DNA of 64,000 nucleotides from Candidatus Sumerlaeia bacterium. Its GTDB lineage: Bacteria; Sumerlaeota; Sumerlaeia; SLMS01; JANRJK01. Made by a program: the position numbers and the translations under genes. The notes under the pieces are model-generated. The model made no database searches, was not told the origin of the DNA, and saw nothing but the letters and a program-made list of their open reading frames with translations. Below, in pieces: positions 23,920 through 34,291 of the stretch (positions within the stretch are counted from its first letter, which is position 1; each line of letters opens with the position of its first letter). The DNA lies in assembly GCA_033764015.1 (NCBI GenBank), contig JANRJK010000002.1:32001-96000 (forward strand), read 5' to 3'.

Positions 23920-24861
23920 ATGACCCGGACCGCCACTGCCTTCTTCGCCGCCGCCACCATTGTGCTGGCCGCCGCCCCCCTCCACGCCCAGGAGGCCTAC
24001 ACCCACGAAATCAAGCTCCAGAAGGGCGACGCCTTCGCCGTCAAGCGGTCCCAGGACCTCCTCATCGACCAGAAGATGATGGGCATGACCATGAAGGTCA
24101 CGAACCAGTCGAACGCGGTCTGGTCCTATAGCGTCCTGGACGTGGAGGCGGACGGCACCGCGCAGATCCAAGTGACCGTCCTGTCGATGGCCATGAATCT
24201 GGAAAACCCGATGATCAAGATCAAGTTCGACTCGAGCGCGGGCGCGGCTCCCACCACGCCGGAGGAGCGCATGGTCCAGGGGTTCGTGGGCCAGACGTTC
24301 TTCATCCGCCTCTCGAAGGCAGGCGAGGCGCTCGACGTTGTCGGCGCCGAGGCGATCCCCGAGGCCGCCTTCGCCGCCGCCCAGTTCCCCGAGGCGAACA
24401 TGATGGCGCCGATGCTGAAGGCCGAATTCGCCTCCGCGTTCACCGCCGATTCCCTCAAGAAGTTCCACACGAACTACTTCGGCGGGTACGACGGGCGCCA
24501 ACTCAAGGCGGGGGAGACCTGGACGGTCGAGGAGCCTTCCGAGCAGATGAACATGCACTCCCTCTCGAAGGTCACCTACACCGTCGCCGAGTCGACCGCC
24601 GGCCTGCTCGATGTCGCTTCCTCCGTGACCCTCTCGCCGGATTCGAACGCGCCCGCCGGCTCCATGGGCGGCCTGACCGGGACCGGGTCGGGAGTGACGC
24701 AGATCCACCTCGCGAGCGGGCTTCCCGTGCTCACCACGGGAACCGGCGCCTTCTCCTCGACGGTGACGACACAAGGCATGACCGTCGGGCTCAACATCAC
24801 GTCGTCCGAGCGAGCCGAGTTGCGCCCCACCGCCGGCGCCCTGCTCGGGCTGCTCAAGTGA
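23920..24861 (+). CDS. Secreted beta-rich protein, DUF6263-like
   Basis: Signal peptide (APLHA-Q); KLQKGD, LKAGETW, IHLASGLPV; paralogous to the next gene. Confidence 0.7.
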   Translation: MTRTATAFFAAATIVLAAAPLHAQEAYTHEIKLQKGDAFAVKRSQDLLIDQKMMGMTMKVTNQSNAVWSYSVLDVEADGTAQIQVTVLSMAMNLENPMIKIKFDSSAGAAPTTPEERMVQGFVGQTFFIRLSKAGEALDVVGAEAIPEAAFAAAQFPEANMMAPMLKAEFASAFTADSLKKFHTNYFGGYDGRQLKAGETWTVEEPSEQMNMHSLSKVTYTVAESTAGLLDVASSVTLSPDSNAPAGSMGGLTGTGSGVTQIHLASGLPVLTTGTGAFSSTVTTQGMTVGLNITSSERAELRPTAGALLGLLK

Positions 24862-25787
24862 TCCGCGTCCAGCGCGCCCTCGGCGCCCTCCTCCTCTTCG
24901 CCGCCGGCGCCTCCGCCCAGGACGCGGTGGATGCGCGCATCCGCCTCGCCGCCGGCGACGCGTTCGAACTGCGCCGCGTCGCCGCGGCGGAGATCAAGCA
25001 GACGCTCCCCACCGGCGAGGCGCAGACAATCCGCCGCGAAATCGACGCCCGCCACGATGTCGAGGTCGTTTCGGTCCGCGAGGACGGAGCCTTCGAGATC
25101 AAGGTCACCTGGGCGCGCTTCGTCTCGTCACAGGAATCCACCGCGAGCACCTACGAATTCGACACGGCCCAGGACAAGGACTCGAAGGAGGCGGTCCCGC
25201 AGTTCCTCATGGCGCTGGCGGGGCGTGGATTCACCGCCGTCCTGTCGCCCGACGGTTCGGTGTCGGAAGTGAAGGGGGCCGCCGAGGAGGCGGCGGCGGC
25301 GATCGAGACGCTTCCGGCGATGAAGCTGCCCGCGGCTGCGCCGGCCAAGGCCGCGCTGCTCAGCGAGTACTCGAACGAGCAGATCGGCAACCAGCTCGAA
25401 GCGGTCTTCCGCACGCTTCCGCCCTCCCCGGTCGAGCCCGGCGCCACTTGGACCATCGAGCACCGCCTCGGCGGTTCGCTCCCCATGGTCGCCACCAACA
25501 CCTACACGCTGTCCGAGGTCGGCGACGGCGCCATCGTGCTGTCGCTGGAGGGCGCGATCGCGTCGAACGACGCGGCGCCGCCGGTCAACGTGAACGGCGT
25601 GCCGATCCGCACCAGCGTCGCCGGCTCGCAGAAGGGCACCGTCGAGCTGTCGCCCGCCAGCGGCCTCCCGGTGAAGGCCACCATCGAGGGGGCGCTCACC
25701 GGGGAATCGGTCACCGGCGGCCAGCTCGTGATCCCCATCGAGCGCACCAATAAGATCACCGTGACCACCACGCCCAAGGCGAAGTGA
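24858..25787 (+). CDS. Secreted beta-rich protein, DUF6263-like paralog
   Basis: Signal peptide (AGASA-Q); RLAAGD, PVEPGATW, LSPASGLPV; GTGA overlap. Confidence 0.7.
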   Translation: MIRVQRALGALLLFAAGASAQDAVDARIRLAAGDAFELRRVAAAEIKQTLPTGEAQTIRREIDARHDVEVVSVREDGAFEIKVTWARFVSSQESTASTYEFDTAQDKDSKEAVPQFLMALAGRGFTAVLSPDGSVSEVKGAAEEAAAAIETLPAMKLPAAAPAKAALLSEYSNEQIGNQLEAVFRTLPPSPVEPGATWTIEHRLGGSLPMVATNTYTLSEVGDGAIVLSLEGAIASNDAAPPVNVNGVPIRTSVAGSQKGTVELSPASGLPVKATIEGALTGESVTGGQLVIPIERTNKITVTTTPKAK

Positions 25788-26272
25788 CGGGCGCGGGAGC
25801 CTCCGCCGAGTACCGCGCGCTGCGCCGCCAAGTGGCGGCGCTCCTCGTTCTCTTCCTCGCGCTGCTTCTCTGGGGCGCCTGGCACCTCCGGCCCGGACCG
25901 CGCGAGGAACGCGCGATCCGGGCCGTCTTCCTCGAAGCCCAGAGACGCTTCGAGGAAGACAAGCCCGAGGAGATCGAGGCGCTTCTCGCCCGCGACTTCG
26001 CCTACCGCGGCATGGATCGCGCCGCGTTCCCGGCGTACCTCGCGCGGATGCGCGGCGTGTACCGGATGCCGCAGGCGACTTTCGAGTGCCTCGATTTCCA
26101 GTTCGCCGCGGACCGCTCCGAAGCCCTCGTCCGTGTCCGCGTCGACACCGGCGGGATGATCGATCTTGCCCGGCGGCAGGGGCGGCGCGACACCGTCCAC
26201 CTGCTCGACGTCTCGCTCCGCCGCGAGGGCGGCGACTGGCTGGTGACCACCTACGAGCTCCTCGACGACTGA
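25784..26272 (+). CDS. Membrane-anchored NTF2/SnoaL-like protein
   Basis: One N-terminal TM helix; IEALLARDF...LRREGGDWLV pattern; overlaps both neighbours. Confidence 0.6.
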   Translation: MTGAGASAEYRALRRQVAALLVLFLALLLWGAWHLRPGPREERAIRAVFLEAQRRFEEDKPEEIEALLARDFAYRGMDRAAFPAYLARMRGVYRMPQATFECLDFQFAADRSEALVRVRVDTGGMIDLARRQGRRDTVHLLDVSLRREGGDWLVTTYELLDD

Positions 26273-27294
26273 TGCGAACCCCGCTTACGCTGCTTGTCCT
26301 CCTCGCGGCGCTGGCCGCCACCGCCTGCGCCCCCCGCGCCCGGCTCGCCGGCGCCGATGTCCTCTTTCCCGACCTGCGGCCCGACACGGTCGACGCGACG
26401 ATGCTGCACGTCGCGGCGGGCGGAGCAGTGGTCGCTTTCCTCTCCATGCCCGAGGCCGCCCGCCCCGGCGGCCCGGTGCTCGATCCCGCTTCGATCCGCG
26501 CGACCTTCGACGGCGAGCCCTGCGCCTGGCACCTGGTCTACCGCCTGCCGCAGCTCCCGGCGGTCGCCGTGCTGCTCCCCGAGGACGCCCTCGCGCGGGG
26601 TGGCGGCGAACTCCGAATCCGCGCGGGTCTGCTCGGCCACCGCGGCGACGCCTTCGATGCGCGCCGCCGGCTGGAACCGGCGGACGGCGCCCGCCCGATC
26701 TGGTCCGAATTCACCGTGAACGTGGTGGACGCGCAGGGCGACCCCATGCCGGGGGCGCTCCTTTACGGCCAGCACCTCAAGGGCCTCTTCCGGCGCACCG
26801 GCGGCGAGGGGGTCGCGCATCTCGACGCGTTGGTGCGCGGACGGATCGAAGCGCACCTCGCCTACGCGCCGGGGCATTGGGCCGCGGCGTTCGATCCGCG
26901 GACGGTCACCGGCGCCGCGCTGCGGCCCGTCGCGCCGGACGCCGCCCGGGCGGTGCGGGAACTCGGCGGCATCGCCCCGCAGCCGCTCGCCGGTGGCCCG
27001 CGCTCCCCGCGAGCGCTTGGCGTGCGGGAGGTCGCCGTCGAACTCGCCGCGGACGCCCTCCCGCAGGATGGCTGGGCGCTCGTCGAGGTGGCCGGGCGGT
27101 ACTGGCTGGCGCTGCGCGGCGCGGATACCCATCGAGTCCTGCTGCCGGACGACGGAGCCGCCCACCTGCTGGTGGCCTCGGCGCCGGGGCATCTTCCCGT
27201 CCGCGTCGAGGTGCCCGCCGCGGCCGGGAACGCGGTGCTCCGCTTGGCGCCGATGCCGACCTCCGACGCGCAAGCAGGCCAAAATACCCCTTGA
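26272..27294 (+). CDS. Putative lipoprotein
   Basis: [19 protein letters not shown] lipobox-like; [12 protein letters not shown] carboxypeptidase-regulatory-like strand; TGATG overlap. Confidence 0.65.
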   Translation: MRTPLTLLVLLAALAATACAPRARLAGADVLFPDLRPDTVDATMLHVAAGGAVVAFLSMPEAARPGGPVLDPASIRATFDGEPCAWHLVYRLPQLPAVAVLLPEDALARGGGELRIRAGLLGHRGDAFDARRRLEPADGARPIWSEFTVNVVDAQGDPMPGALLYGQHLKGLFRRTGGEGVAHLDALVRGRIEAHLAYAPGHWAAAFDPRTVTGAALRPVAPDAARAVRELGGIAPQPLAGGPRSPRALGVREVAVELAADALPQDGWALVEVAGRYWLALRGADTHRVLLPDDGAAHLLVASAPGHLPVRVEVPAAAGNAVLRLAPMPTSDAQAGQNTP

Positions 27295-27490
27295 CGGACC
27301 CGTCGAGGCGCCGCACCCTCTTGAAATTACTGGGGAGAATTGCGCCCTGCCGCCGCTAGGCACCAAGCCATCCGGGGACCACGCCACACCCACGACGATC
27401 CTCCCCGCTCCCGGCACGCAGCTCCCGCCCGCCCCCCGCCCAAATCAAGACCTCGGCAACCCGACCACGAAAGGCAGCACCCGACCGGAC

Positions 27491-29371
27491 ATGAAGAAGT
27501 CCGCCAACAAGAAGTTCACATCGATCATCCAGCAGCTCGTGCTCCGCAGCCAGGCGAACGGACACATCACCTACGAGGACATCAACGACGTCCTTCCCGC
27601 GGATTTCCCGACGGACGACATGGAGCCGCTGCTGGTCGAGCTGGAGGGCCTTGAGATCGCCATCCGCGAGCCCGGGGAAGCCGCCCCCGCACCGCAGAAG
27701 CCCAAGGCGAAGGCCCCCGCCAAGAAGGCCGGCGAAGACGAGAAGGACGAAAAGCCCATCGGCACCGGCGAAGTCATCATGGACGACGCCGACGACGAGG
27801 AGGCGCTCGCGGAGCTCCGCCGCACGCTCCTCCAGCAGCCCGTCGACACCTCGCGCATCGACGACCCGGTCCGCCTGTACCTGATGGAAATGGGCAAGGT
27901 GCCCCTCCTCACGCGCGACGAGGAGGTCCACCTCGCGAAGCAGATCGAGAAGGGCCGCCACGAGATCATGGGCGCCATCTCGCGCGCGACGGTCACCGCC
28001 GGCGAGCTGAAGCGCATCTCCGCGCGCATCGAAACGGGCCAGTTCAACCTGAACGAGATCCTCCGCGCCACCGTCGACGAGACGGACCCGGAGGAGCGCG
28101 CCCGCGTCATCAAGCTGGTCCTCGACAACCTCAACCTCGCGCTCCGCAACTACGAGGCGATCGCCAACGAACTCGACCTCCTCGAAGACCCGAACGCGCC
28201 GGAGGACGAGAGCGGCAAGTCCCGCGAACTCGTCGAGCGCCTCCGCTCGGAAATCTACGACGCGCTCCGCAAGATCGACCTCAACTTCTCCATCGTCGAG
28301 CAGATCGCCCTGCGCGTGAAGGACCTGTACGCGCAGATCGACAAGGCGCAGGACGACATCAAGCGCACGCTCCTCCAGGCGATGACGACGCCAAAGGGCG
28401 ACCTGCACCGCGCCATCAGCGGCGAGGAGGACCTCCGCAAGATCGTCCGACGCACCCGCAAGAACTCGCCCGAGGCGAAGAAGCTCATCCGCGACACCGG
28501 GCGCATGCTCGACGACTTCATCAAGTTCGACAAGCGCATCCGCATGGCGCAGCGAAACATCAAGCGCCTCGAGAAGGAAGCCGGCAACAGCTACCTCGAA
28601 CTCAAGGAAGTCGTCCGCCAGATCCGCGAAGGCGAGAAGATCGCCCACGACGCAAAGATGAAGGTCGTCGAGGCCAACCTCCGCCTCGTGGTCTCCATCG
28701 CGAAGAAGTACACCAACCGCGGCCTCCAGTTCCTCGACCTCATCCAGGAGGGGAACATCGGCCTCATGCGCGCCGTCGACAAGTTCGAGTACCAGCGCGG
28801 CTACAAGTTCTCCACCTACGCCACCTGGTGGATCCGCCAAGCCGTCACCCGCGCCATCGCGGACCAGGCGCGCACGATCCGCATCCCGGTCCACATGATC
28901 GAGACGATCAACAAGCTCTCGCGCGTGCAGCGCTTCCTCGTGCAGGAACTCGGCCGCGAACCAACCCCCGACGAGATAGCCGAGAAGATGGGCATGCCGG
29001 TGGACAAGATCCGCCGCGTGTTCAAGATCGCCCAGCAGCCGATCTCGCTCGAGACGCCGATCGGCGAGGACGGCGACTCGCACTTCGGCGACTTCATCCC
29101 CGACGAGGACGCCCCCTCCCCCGTCTCCGCAACGGCCTACAAGCTGATGCAGGAGAAGATCGAAGAGGTCCTCGAAACGCTCACGGAGCGCGAACAGAAG
29201 GTGCTCCGCCTGCGCTTCGGCATCGGCTCCAGCGACTTCCCCCGCACCCTCGAAGAAGTCGGCACCATCTTCAACGTCACCCGCGAACGCGTCCGGCAGA
29301 TCGAGACCAAGGCGCTCAACAAGCTCCGCCACCCGAGCCGCCGCGGTAAGCTGATCGAGTTCATGGAGTAG
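27491..29371 (+). CDS. rpoD: Primary sigma factor (sigma70)
   Basis: Region 1.1 [60 protein letters not shown]...TRERVRQIE. Confidence 0.97.
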   Translation: MKKSANKKFTSIIQQLVLRSQANGHITYEDINDVLPADFPTDDMEPLLVELEGLEIAIREPGEAAPAPQKPKAKAPAKKAGEDEKDEKPIGTGEVIMDDADDEEALAELRRTLLQQPVDTSRIDDPVRLYLMEMGKVPLLTRDEEVHLAKQIEKGRHEIMGAISRATVTAGELKRISARIETGQFNLNEILRATVDETDPEERARVIKLVLDNLNLALRNYEAIANELDLLEDPNAPEDESGKSRELVERLRSEIYDALRKIDLNFSIVEQIALRVKDLYAQIDKAQDDIKRTLLQAMTTPKGDLHRAISGEEDLRKIVRRTRKNSPEAKKLIRDTGRMLDDFIKFDKRIRMAQRNIKRLEKEAGNSYLELKEVVRQIREGEKIAHDAKMKVVEANLRLVVSIAKKYTNRGLQFLDLIQEGNIGLMRAVDKFEYQRGYKFSTYATWWIRQAVTRAIADQARTIRIPVHMIETINKLSRVQRFLVQELGREPTPDEIAEKMGMPVDKIRRVFKIAQQPISLETPIGEDGDSHFGDFIPDEDAPSPVSATAYKLMQEKIEEVLETLTEREQKVLRLRFGIGSSDFPRTLEEVGTIFNVTRERVRQIETKALNKLRHPSRRGKLIEFME

Positions 29372-29408
29372 GCGGCGGCCCGGAAGGGGCCTCCACGCGC
29401 AGCGATTC

Positions 29409-29445
29409 CGGGCGGCGGGGCGAAAGCTCCGCCGCCCGAGTTCTT
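29409..29445. terminator. Hairpin between convergent genes (probable terminator)
   Basis: CGGGCGGCGGGGC-GAAA-GCTCCGCCGCCCG: 13-bp stem with one G:U, GNRA loop, weak T-rich tail. Confidence 0.65.
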
Positions 29446-29449
29446 CCCG

Positions 29450-29683
29450 CTACCTGTCCGGCGAGCGCTTCTCGTTGGCGTAGGATCGGAGTACCGCAGC
29501 CGTCGCGCGCAACATCACGCCGCACTTCTCCGGAAAGCCCAACTCAAGATCGCGGACGAACGAGTATGCCAGGGACAGCCACATGAGGAGGGTCAGCTCG
29601 GCGTAGCCGCGCCCCTTCTCGATTCCGCGGGGGGACCATTCGCCGCTCTTCGCGGAACCGGAGAGCGCCCAATGCCCGTCCAT
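29450..29683 (-). CDS. Short hypothetical ORF, possibly the frameshifted tail of the upstream gene
   Basis: 77 aa; TGATG overlap just after a G6 run. Confidence 0.3.
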   Translation of the reverse strand: MDGHWALSGSAKSGEWSPRGIEKGRGYAELTLLMWLSLAYSFVRDLELGFPEKCGVMLRATAAVLRSYANEKRSPDR

Positions 29684-30297
29684 CAGCTTGTCCCCCCGAG
29701 CGTGATCTCGCCCTTCCGGCAGTCAACGACATGGCGGCGCAGCAACTCCGCGTCGGAGAGCGTGGCGCCGTAGCGCTCCTCCAACGTCGCCCGGTCCGGG
29801 AGGAAGTCCAACCGCCATGAGAGTTGGGACATCAGCTCGAGCGCCCCGCGCCGCGTCATCGAGCGGAAGCCGCGCTCATGGAGGATTACGTGGGCACCCC
29901 TGGTCCGAACCGCCAGCCATCCGACAGCGGACAGCATGAGGACTAGCAGCGGAATCTCTCCCTCGAACCCCTCTCGCCATGTCCCGCTGCGGATCATCAG
30001 CTCACGCTCCATAATCCCCGAAAGCTCGATGGGGAGAAGGAACACCAGTGCTCCGGCCGCGGTCGGGTCGGCAGCCGACTGTAGGAACGCCACGGTCGAG
30101 GCGACGACCACGACCTTCAGCACGACCGCGCCCGCGGCGTAGATGCCCCAAGGGAAGAACTCGCGCCGGACATACAGCAGCGCCATGAAGAGCAACGCCG
30201 CCGGTGTGATGTAGTAGGAGGCGATCAGCAGAAGTGGCCACAGCCACCGCTTGTGCCGCGGGGCGATCATGGCGATCCTGTCGTTGGAAGCGCCCAT
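29683..30297 (-). CDS. Hypothetical membrane protein
   Basis: GGAGG upstream of ATG 30297; 3-4 hydrophobic segments. Confidence 0.55.
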   Translation of the reverse strand: MGASNDRIAMIAPRHKRWLWPLLLIASYYITPAALLFMALLYVRREFFPWGIYAAGAVVLKVVVVASTVAFLQSAADPTAAGALVFLLPIELSGIMERELMIRSGTWREGFEGEIPLLVLMLSAVGWLAVRTRGAHVILHERGFRSMTRRGALELMSQLSWRLDFLPDRATLEERYGATLSDAELLRRHVVDCRKGEITLGGTS

Positions 30298-30588
30298 GGC
30301 GCGGCCTCCGGAGTACCGCCGAAGGATAGGCATGAGGCGCGCCGTTCCGCAATGCGGATCCCGGCCGCCCGGCGGCGCCTCGCGGAGCGGTGCGGAAAAG
30401 CATTGGCCGCAAGGTTTTCCGCTTGCATCGCCCCGGAGCGGACGGGTTTCCTTTCCCGCTTTGCGTCCGCACGGGCTTTGTCCCGTGGCGGGCGCGCAAC
30501 CCGACCAAGCCACCCGCGGCGACGCCGCGGGCACCGAGCGCCGGCATCGCAGGACGCGGCTTGGCGGTCAGGAATCGAGTGAAGTCCC

Positions 30589-30978
30589 ATGAAGCAGATG
30601 GTCCGTGATTTCGAAGCACGGCAGCTTCGCAGCGACGTCCCGGAATTCCGCCCTGGCGACACCGTCCGGGTCTCCGTCCGTATCAAGGAAGGGGACAAGG
30701 AACGCGTGCAGGACTACGAAGGCGTAGTCATCAAGATCAAGGGCGAGGGTTTGCGGGAGACGTTCACGGTGCGGCGGCTTTCCTTCGGCGTGGGCATGGA
30801 GCGCATCTTCCCGATGCACAGCCCGCGGATCGAAGAGATCAAGGTCGTGCGCCGCGGCATCGTCCGGCGCGCCAAGCTGTACTACCTCCGCAGCCTCAGC
30901 GGCAAGAAGGCCCGCATCCGCGAACGCCGCGCCGTCCGCCCGGACGCGTCGGCGAAGGCCGCATCCGCGGAGAACTAA
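30589..30978 (+). CDS. rplS: 50S ribosomal protein L19
   Basis: [40 protein letters not shown]. Confidence 0.97.
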   Translation: MKQMVRDFEARQLRSDVPEFRPGDTVRVSVRIKEGDKERVQDYEGVVIKIKGEGLRETFTVRRLSFGVGMERIFPMHSPRIEEIKVVRRGIVRRAKLYYLRSLSGKKARIRERRAVRPDASAKAASAEN

Positions 30979-31114
30979 GACGGACCTGGGGCCCGTGCGC
31001 CGCTGCGGCGCCGGGCCGCGAGTCGCCACCCCGCCGGCGCGCCCCGCGCCCGCCGGCCTTCCCTGCCACGGAGCCGAGTGCTCCGTCGCCAACCCATAGG
31101 GAGTACCCTTCCCC

Positions 31115-31588
31115 ATGCCACAATGCGCATACGAATGCGTCGTGGTGGTCGATCCCACGAAGACGGAGCAGGACATCACCACCCTGCACGACCGCATCGC
31201 GGACACGATCACCACAAACGGCGGCCAGGTCACCACGCGTGACGTCTGGGGCCGCCGCCGGCTCGCCTACGAGATCAACCGCCGCCGCGAAGGCCACTAC
31301 ACGGTCTTCCACTTCGACGGCCCCTCCTCCGGCCAGCTCCTCCCCGAACTGAAGCGCCTCCTGCGCCTCGACGAGTCGATCCTGCGCTTCCTCGTGGTCC
31401 GCGCGGTCGTCGGCAAGTCGAAGGGCGATCCGGCGCTCGCCGAGCGCATCCAGGCCCAGATGTCGGCCCCGCGCTACGGCGGCAACCGCCGTCCGTCCGG
31501 CCCGCCCCGCGGCGAAGACGCCGCGGCGGCCGCCGAGGCACCCGCTGCGGAGGCCGCACCGGCCGAAGCGGCGCCCGCCACCGAGTAA
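31115..31588 (+). CDS. rpsF: 30S ribosomal protein S6
   Basis: YECVVVVDP, WGRRRLAYEINRRREGHY, ILRFLVVR; Ala/Glu-rich tail. Confidence 0.95.
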   Translation: MPQCAYECVVVVDPTKTEQDITTLHDRIADTITTNGGQVTTRDVWGRRRLAYEINRRREGHYTVFHFDGPSSGQLLPELKRLLRLDESILRFLVVRAVVGKSKGDPALAERIQAQMSAPRYGGNRRPSGPPRGEDAAAAAEAPAAEAAPAEAAPATE

Positions 31589-31609
31589 CCGGAAAGGGAA
31601 CCGCGCACC

Positions 31610-32068
31610 GTGCCCGCCTTCATCACCATCTACGGCAACCTCGGCCGCGACGCCGAGGTCCGCTCCACCGCGAGCGGCGACACCATGGTCAGCTTTTCCG
31701 TGGCCGTCTCCCATTGGAACGCCAAGGAACGCTCGGAGACCACTTCCTGGTTCCGCGTGTCCGTCTTCGGACGCTACGCCGAAACCTTCAAGGAACTCCG
31801 CAAGGGCGATGTCGTGCTGGTGAACGGCGACCTCGAACTGCGCGAGTTCGCCGCCCAGGATGGAACCAAGCGCATGAGCGCCGAGATCATCGCCCGCACC
31901 GTCAAGGACATCAGCCGCCAGATGCGCTCGCGCATGGGCGGCGGCGCCCAAGGCGGGGCGGAGCATGCCTCCGAAGCCCCCCCTTCGCAGGGTGGGTGGA
32001 CCCAAGCGCCACGCGCTGCGCGCCCCGAGCCCAAGACCCAGCAAACCGAGGACGACCTCCCCTTCTGA
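31610..32068 (+). CDS. ssb: Single-stranded DNA-binding protein
   Basis: GNLGRDAEVR, TSWFRVSVFG, C-terminal EDDLPF; canonical rpsF-ssb-rpsR order. Confidence 0.95.
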   Translation: MPAFITIYGNLGRDAEVRSTASGDTMVSFSVAVSHWNAKERSETTSWFRVSVFGRYAETFKELRKGDVVLVNGDLELREFAAQDGTKRMSAEIIARTVKDISRQMRSRMGGGAQGGAEHASEAPPSQGGWTQAPRAARPEPKTQQTEDDLPF

Positions 32069-32139
32069 CACCCGTCGGAAGGCAGGCGCGCCACCCATAA
32101 CCCGAACAAGCCAACGGCACCCTCCCAGGAGAACGCACC

Positions 32140-32436
32140 ATGGCCGAAATGGAACGCCGCGACGACCGCCGCGACGACCGCCCCGAGGGCGAAGGCGCCC
32201 CGCGCGAACAGCGCCCGCGGCGCCGCATGCAGCGACGCAAGGTCTGCTTCTTCACCGCCACCAAGGCGGAGTACGTGGACTACAAGGACGCGGACCTGCT
32301 CCGCCGCTTCGTCACCGACCGCGGAAAGCTGCTGCCGCGCCGCATGACGGGCACCTCCGCCAAATTCCAGCGCCTTCTCACGAAGGCCATCAAGCGCGCA
32401 CGGCACCTCGCCCTGCTGCCCTACACGGTCCGCTGA
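32140..32436 (+). CDS. rpsR: 30S ribosomal protein S18
   Basis: [39 protein letters not shown]. Confidence 0.97.
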   Translation: MAEMERRDDRRDDRPEGEGAPREQRPRRRMQRRKVCFFTATKAEYVDYKDADLLRRFVTDRGKLLPRRMTGTSAKFQRLLTKAIKRARHLALLPYTVR

Positions 32437-32467
32437 CCCCGGCCCCGCGAATCAGGAGAACGCACCT

Positions 32468-33031
32468 ATGCGAATCATTCTCATGCGCTCGGTCGACAAG
32501 CTCGGCACCGCCGGCGACAGCGTCGACGTCCGCCCGGGCTACTACCGCAACTACCTCGGCCCCCGCGGCATCGCCGTCGTCGAAACCGACGGCAACCGGC
32601 GGATGGTCGAGTCGCGCCGCAAGTTCCTCGAAGCAATCGTCATCCGCGAACGCGGCGACGCCGAGAAGCTCCGCGAGACCATTCAGGGCGTCAGCCTCGA
32701 ATTCTCGCTCCGCGCCAACGACAAGGGCCAGCTCTTCGGCTCCGTCACCACGCAGGACATCACCGAGGCCTTCGCCGCGAAGGGCTTCGAGATCGACCGC
32801 CGCAAGGTCGAGCTCGGCCACCCGATCAAGACCCTCGGCGAGCACAAGATCCGCCTCCGCCTCTACCCGGGCATCACGAGCGAGAACATCGTCTCCGTGA
32901 CGCGCCTGCTGCAGGCCGGCGAAATGGACCCGGAGCAGGCCGCCAAGGAGGCCCATGAGGCCGAACTGGCCGCGGCCCGCGCCGCCGCCGACCGCGCCGC
33001 CATGGGCGGGGACGACGACGACGACGAGTAA
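32468..33031 (+). CDS. rplI: 50S ribosomal protein L9
   Basis: LGTAGDSVDVRPGYYRNYL, GQLFGSVT, PIKTLGEH; acidic tail. Confidence 0.96.
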   Translation: MRIILMRSVDKLGTAGDSVDVRPGYYRNYLGPRGIAVVETDGNRRMVESRRKFLEAIVIRERGDAEKLRETIQGVSLEFSLRANDKGQLFGSVTTQDITEAFAAKGFEIDRRKVELGHPIKTLGEHKIRLRLYPGITSENIVSVTRLLQAGEMDPEQAAKEAHEAELAAARAAADRAAMGGDDDDDE

Positions 33032-33069
33032 TCGTCCCGGCCAACGGCACCAACCCGGACAGCACCGCA

Positions 33070-33101
33070 CGCCGCCCCGGAGCCCACGCTCCGGGGCGGC
33101 G
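33070..33101. terminator. Perfect 14-bp hairpin after rplI (terminator or REP-like)
   Basis: CGCCGCCCCGGAGC-CCAC-GCTCCGGGGCGGCG; no U tract. Confidence 0.55.
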
Positions 33102-33199
33102 CCGCATTGCGGGAACCCCTCGCCACCGGCGCCCCGGCTCCGCACGATCCTGCATTCCGGGCGCGCCGGGCGCCCGCATCCAACCAGCGAGGCCGCACC

Positions 33200-34291
33200 A
33201 TGCAACGCCGCGTCGTCATCATGGCAGGAGGCGCCGGCGAACGCTTCTGGCCCGCCAGCCGCCAAGGCAGGCCCAAGCAGCTCCTCCGCCTCCTCGGCGA
33301 CCGCACGATGCTGGAACTCGCCGTCGAGCGGCTCGCGCCGCTAATCGCGCCGGAGCAGGTCACCATCGTCCTCGGCGCCGACATCGAGGCGCAGGCCCGC
33401 GAGGTCCTCGCCCGCCACCCCGGCATCGCCTTCTTGGTCGAGCCCGCCCGCCGCAACACCTGCGCGTGCCTCGCGCTCGCCCATGCCTTCCACCTCGAAC
33501 ACCACGGCCCCCACGTCTGCGCCGTGGTCACCGCGGACCACACGATCAAGCCCGAGGCGGACTTCCGCGCGCACCTCGACGCCGCGCTGCGCCTCGCGGA
33601 GGAGGAGCGCCGCGTGGTCCTCTTCGGGATGAAGGCCACCCGCCCCGACACCGCCTACGGCTACATCGAGGCAGCCGCCCCGGTGCGCCCCGGCGCTCCC
33701 GGGCCACGGGCCTTCCAAGTCGCCCGCTTCACCGAGAAGCCCCCGCGCGAGCTGGCCGAGCGCTACCTTGCCGCCGGCAACTACTACTGGAACTCCGGCA
33801 TGTTCTTCTGGCGCTCCGACGTCTTCTCCGAGGCGCTCCACGCGCACGCCCCCGCCCACGCCGCGCTCGAGGGGACTTTCGCCCCCGGCCGCGACGCCGC
33901 GCGGCTCGAACGCTTCCTCGCCGCGCCCCCGCAACCGATCGACCGCGCCATCATGGAGAAGCTCTCCGGCATCCTCATGCTCGAAGCCACATTCGAATGG
34001 GACGACGTCGGCTCCTGGACATCCCTCGAACGCCTCCACGAGCCCGACGCGGACGGCAACATCGCGGTCGGTGGCGCGGTCCTGCGCGACTCCCGCGGCT
34101 GCATCGTCTACGGCGAGGGCGAGCGCCCCGGCGACCCCTCGCCCCGCGTCGCCGTCCTCGGCTGCCACAACCTCGTCATCGCCGTTAGCGGCAACCGCGT
34201 CCTCGTCATGCCGAAGGACCGCGCGCAAGACGTGAAGCTCGTCGGGGGGGACGGTCCATCGGGGTCCTCCGGAACGGCGCACAAGCACTAG
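33200..34291 (+). CDS. manC: Mannose-1-phosphate guanylyltransferase
   Basis: IMAGGAGERFWPASR, PKQLL, EPARRNT, YGYIE, FTEKP, WNSGMF, WDDVGSW. Confidence 0.94.
   Translation: MQRRVVIMAGGAGERFWPASRQGRPKQLLRLLGDRTMLELAVERLAPLIAPEQVTIVLGADIEAQAREVLARHPGIAFLVEPARRNTCACLALAHAFHLEHHGPHVCAVVTADHTIKPEADFRAHLDAALRLAEEERRVVLFGMKATRPDTAYGYIEAAAPVRPGAPGPRAFQVARFTEKPPRELAERYLAAGNYYWNSGMFFWRSDVFSEALHAHAPAHAALEGTFAPGRDAARLERFLAAPPQPIDRAIMEKLSGILMLEATFEWDDVGSWTSLERLHEPDADGNIAVGGAVLRDSRGCIVYGEGERPGDPSPRVAVLGCHNLVIAVSGNRVLVMPKDRAQDVKLVGGDGPSGSSGTAHKH
34091..34254 (+). repeat. Direct repeat copy 1 (3' end of manC)
   Basis: Aligns by eye to 35885-36018. Confidence 0.9.

Noticed and set aside
32140..32436. S18 lacking a full CxxC (KVCFFT) as a zinc-starvation paralog
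   Set aside because: It sits in the canonical rpsF-ssb-rpsR-rplI operon, and Zn-free S18 is common as the sole copy.
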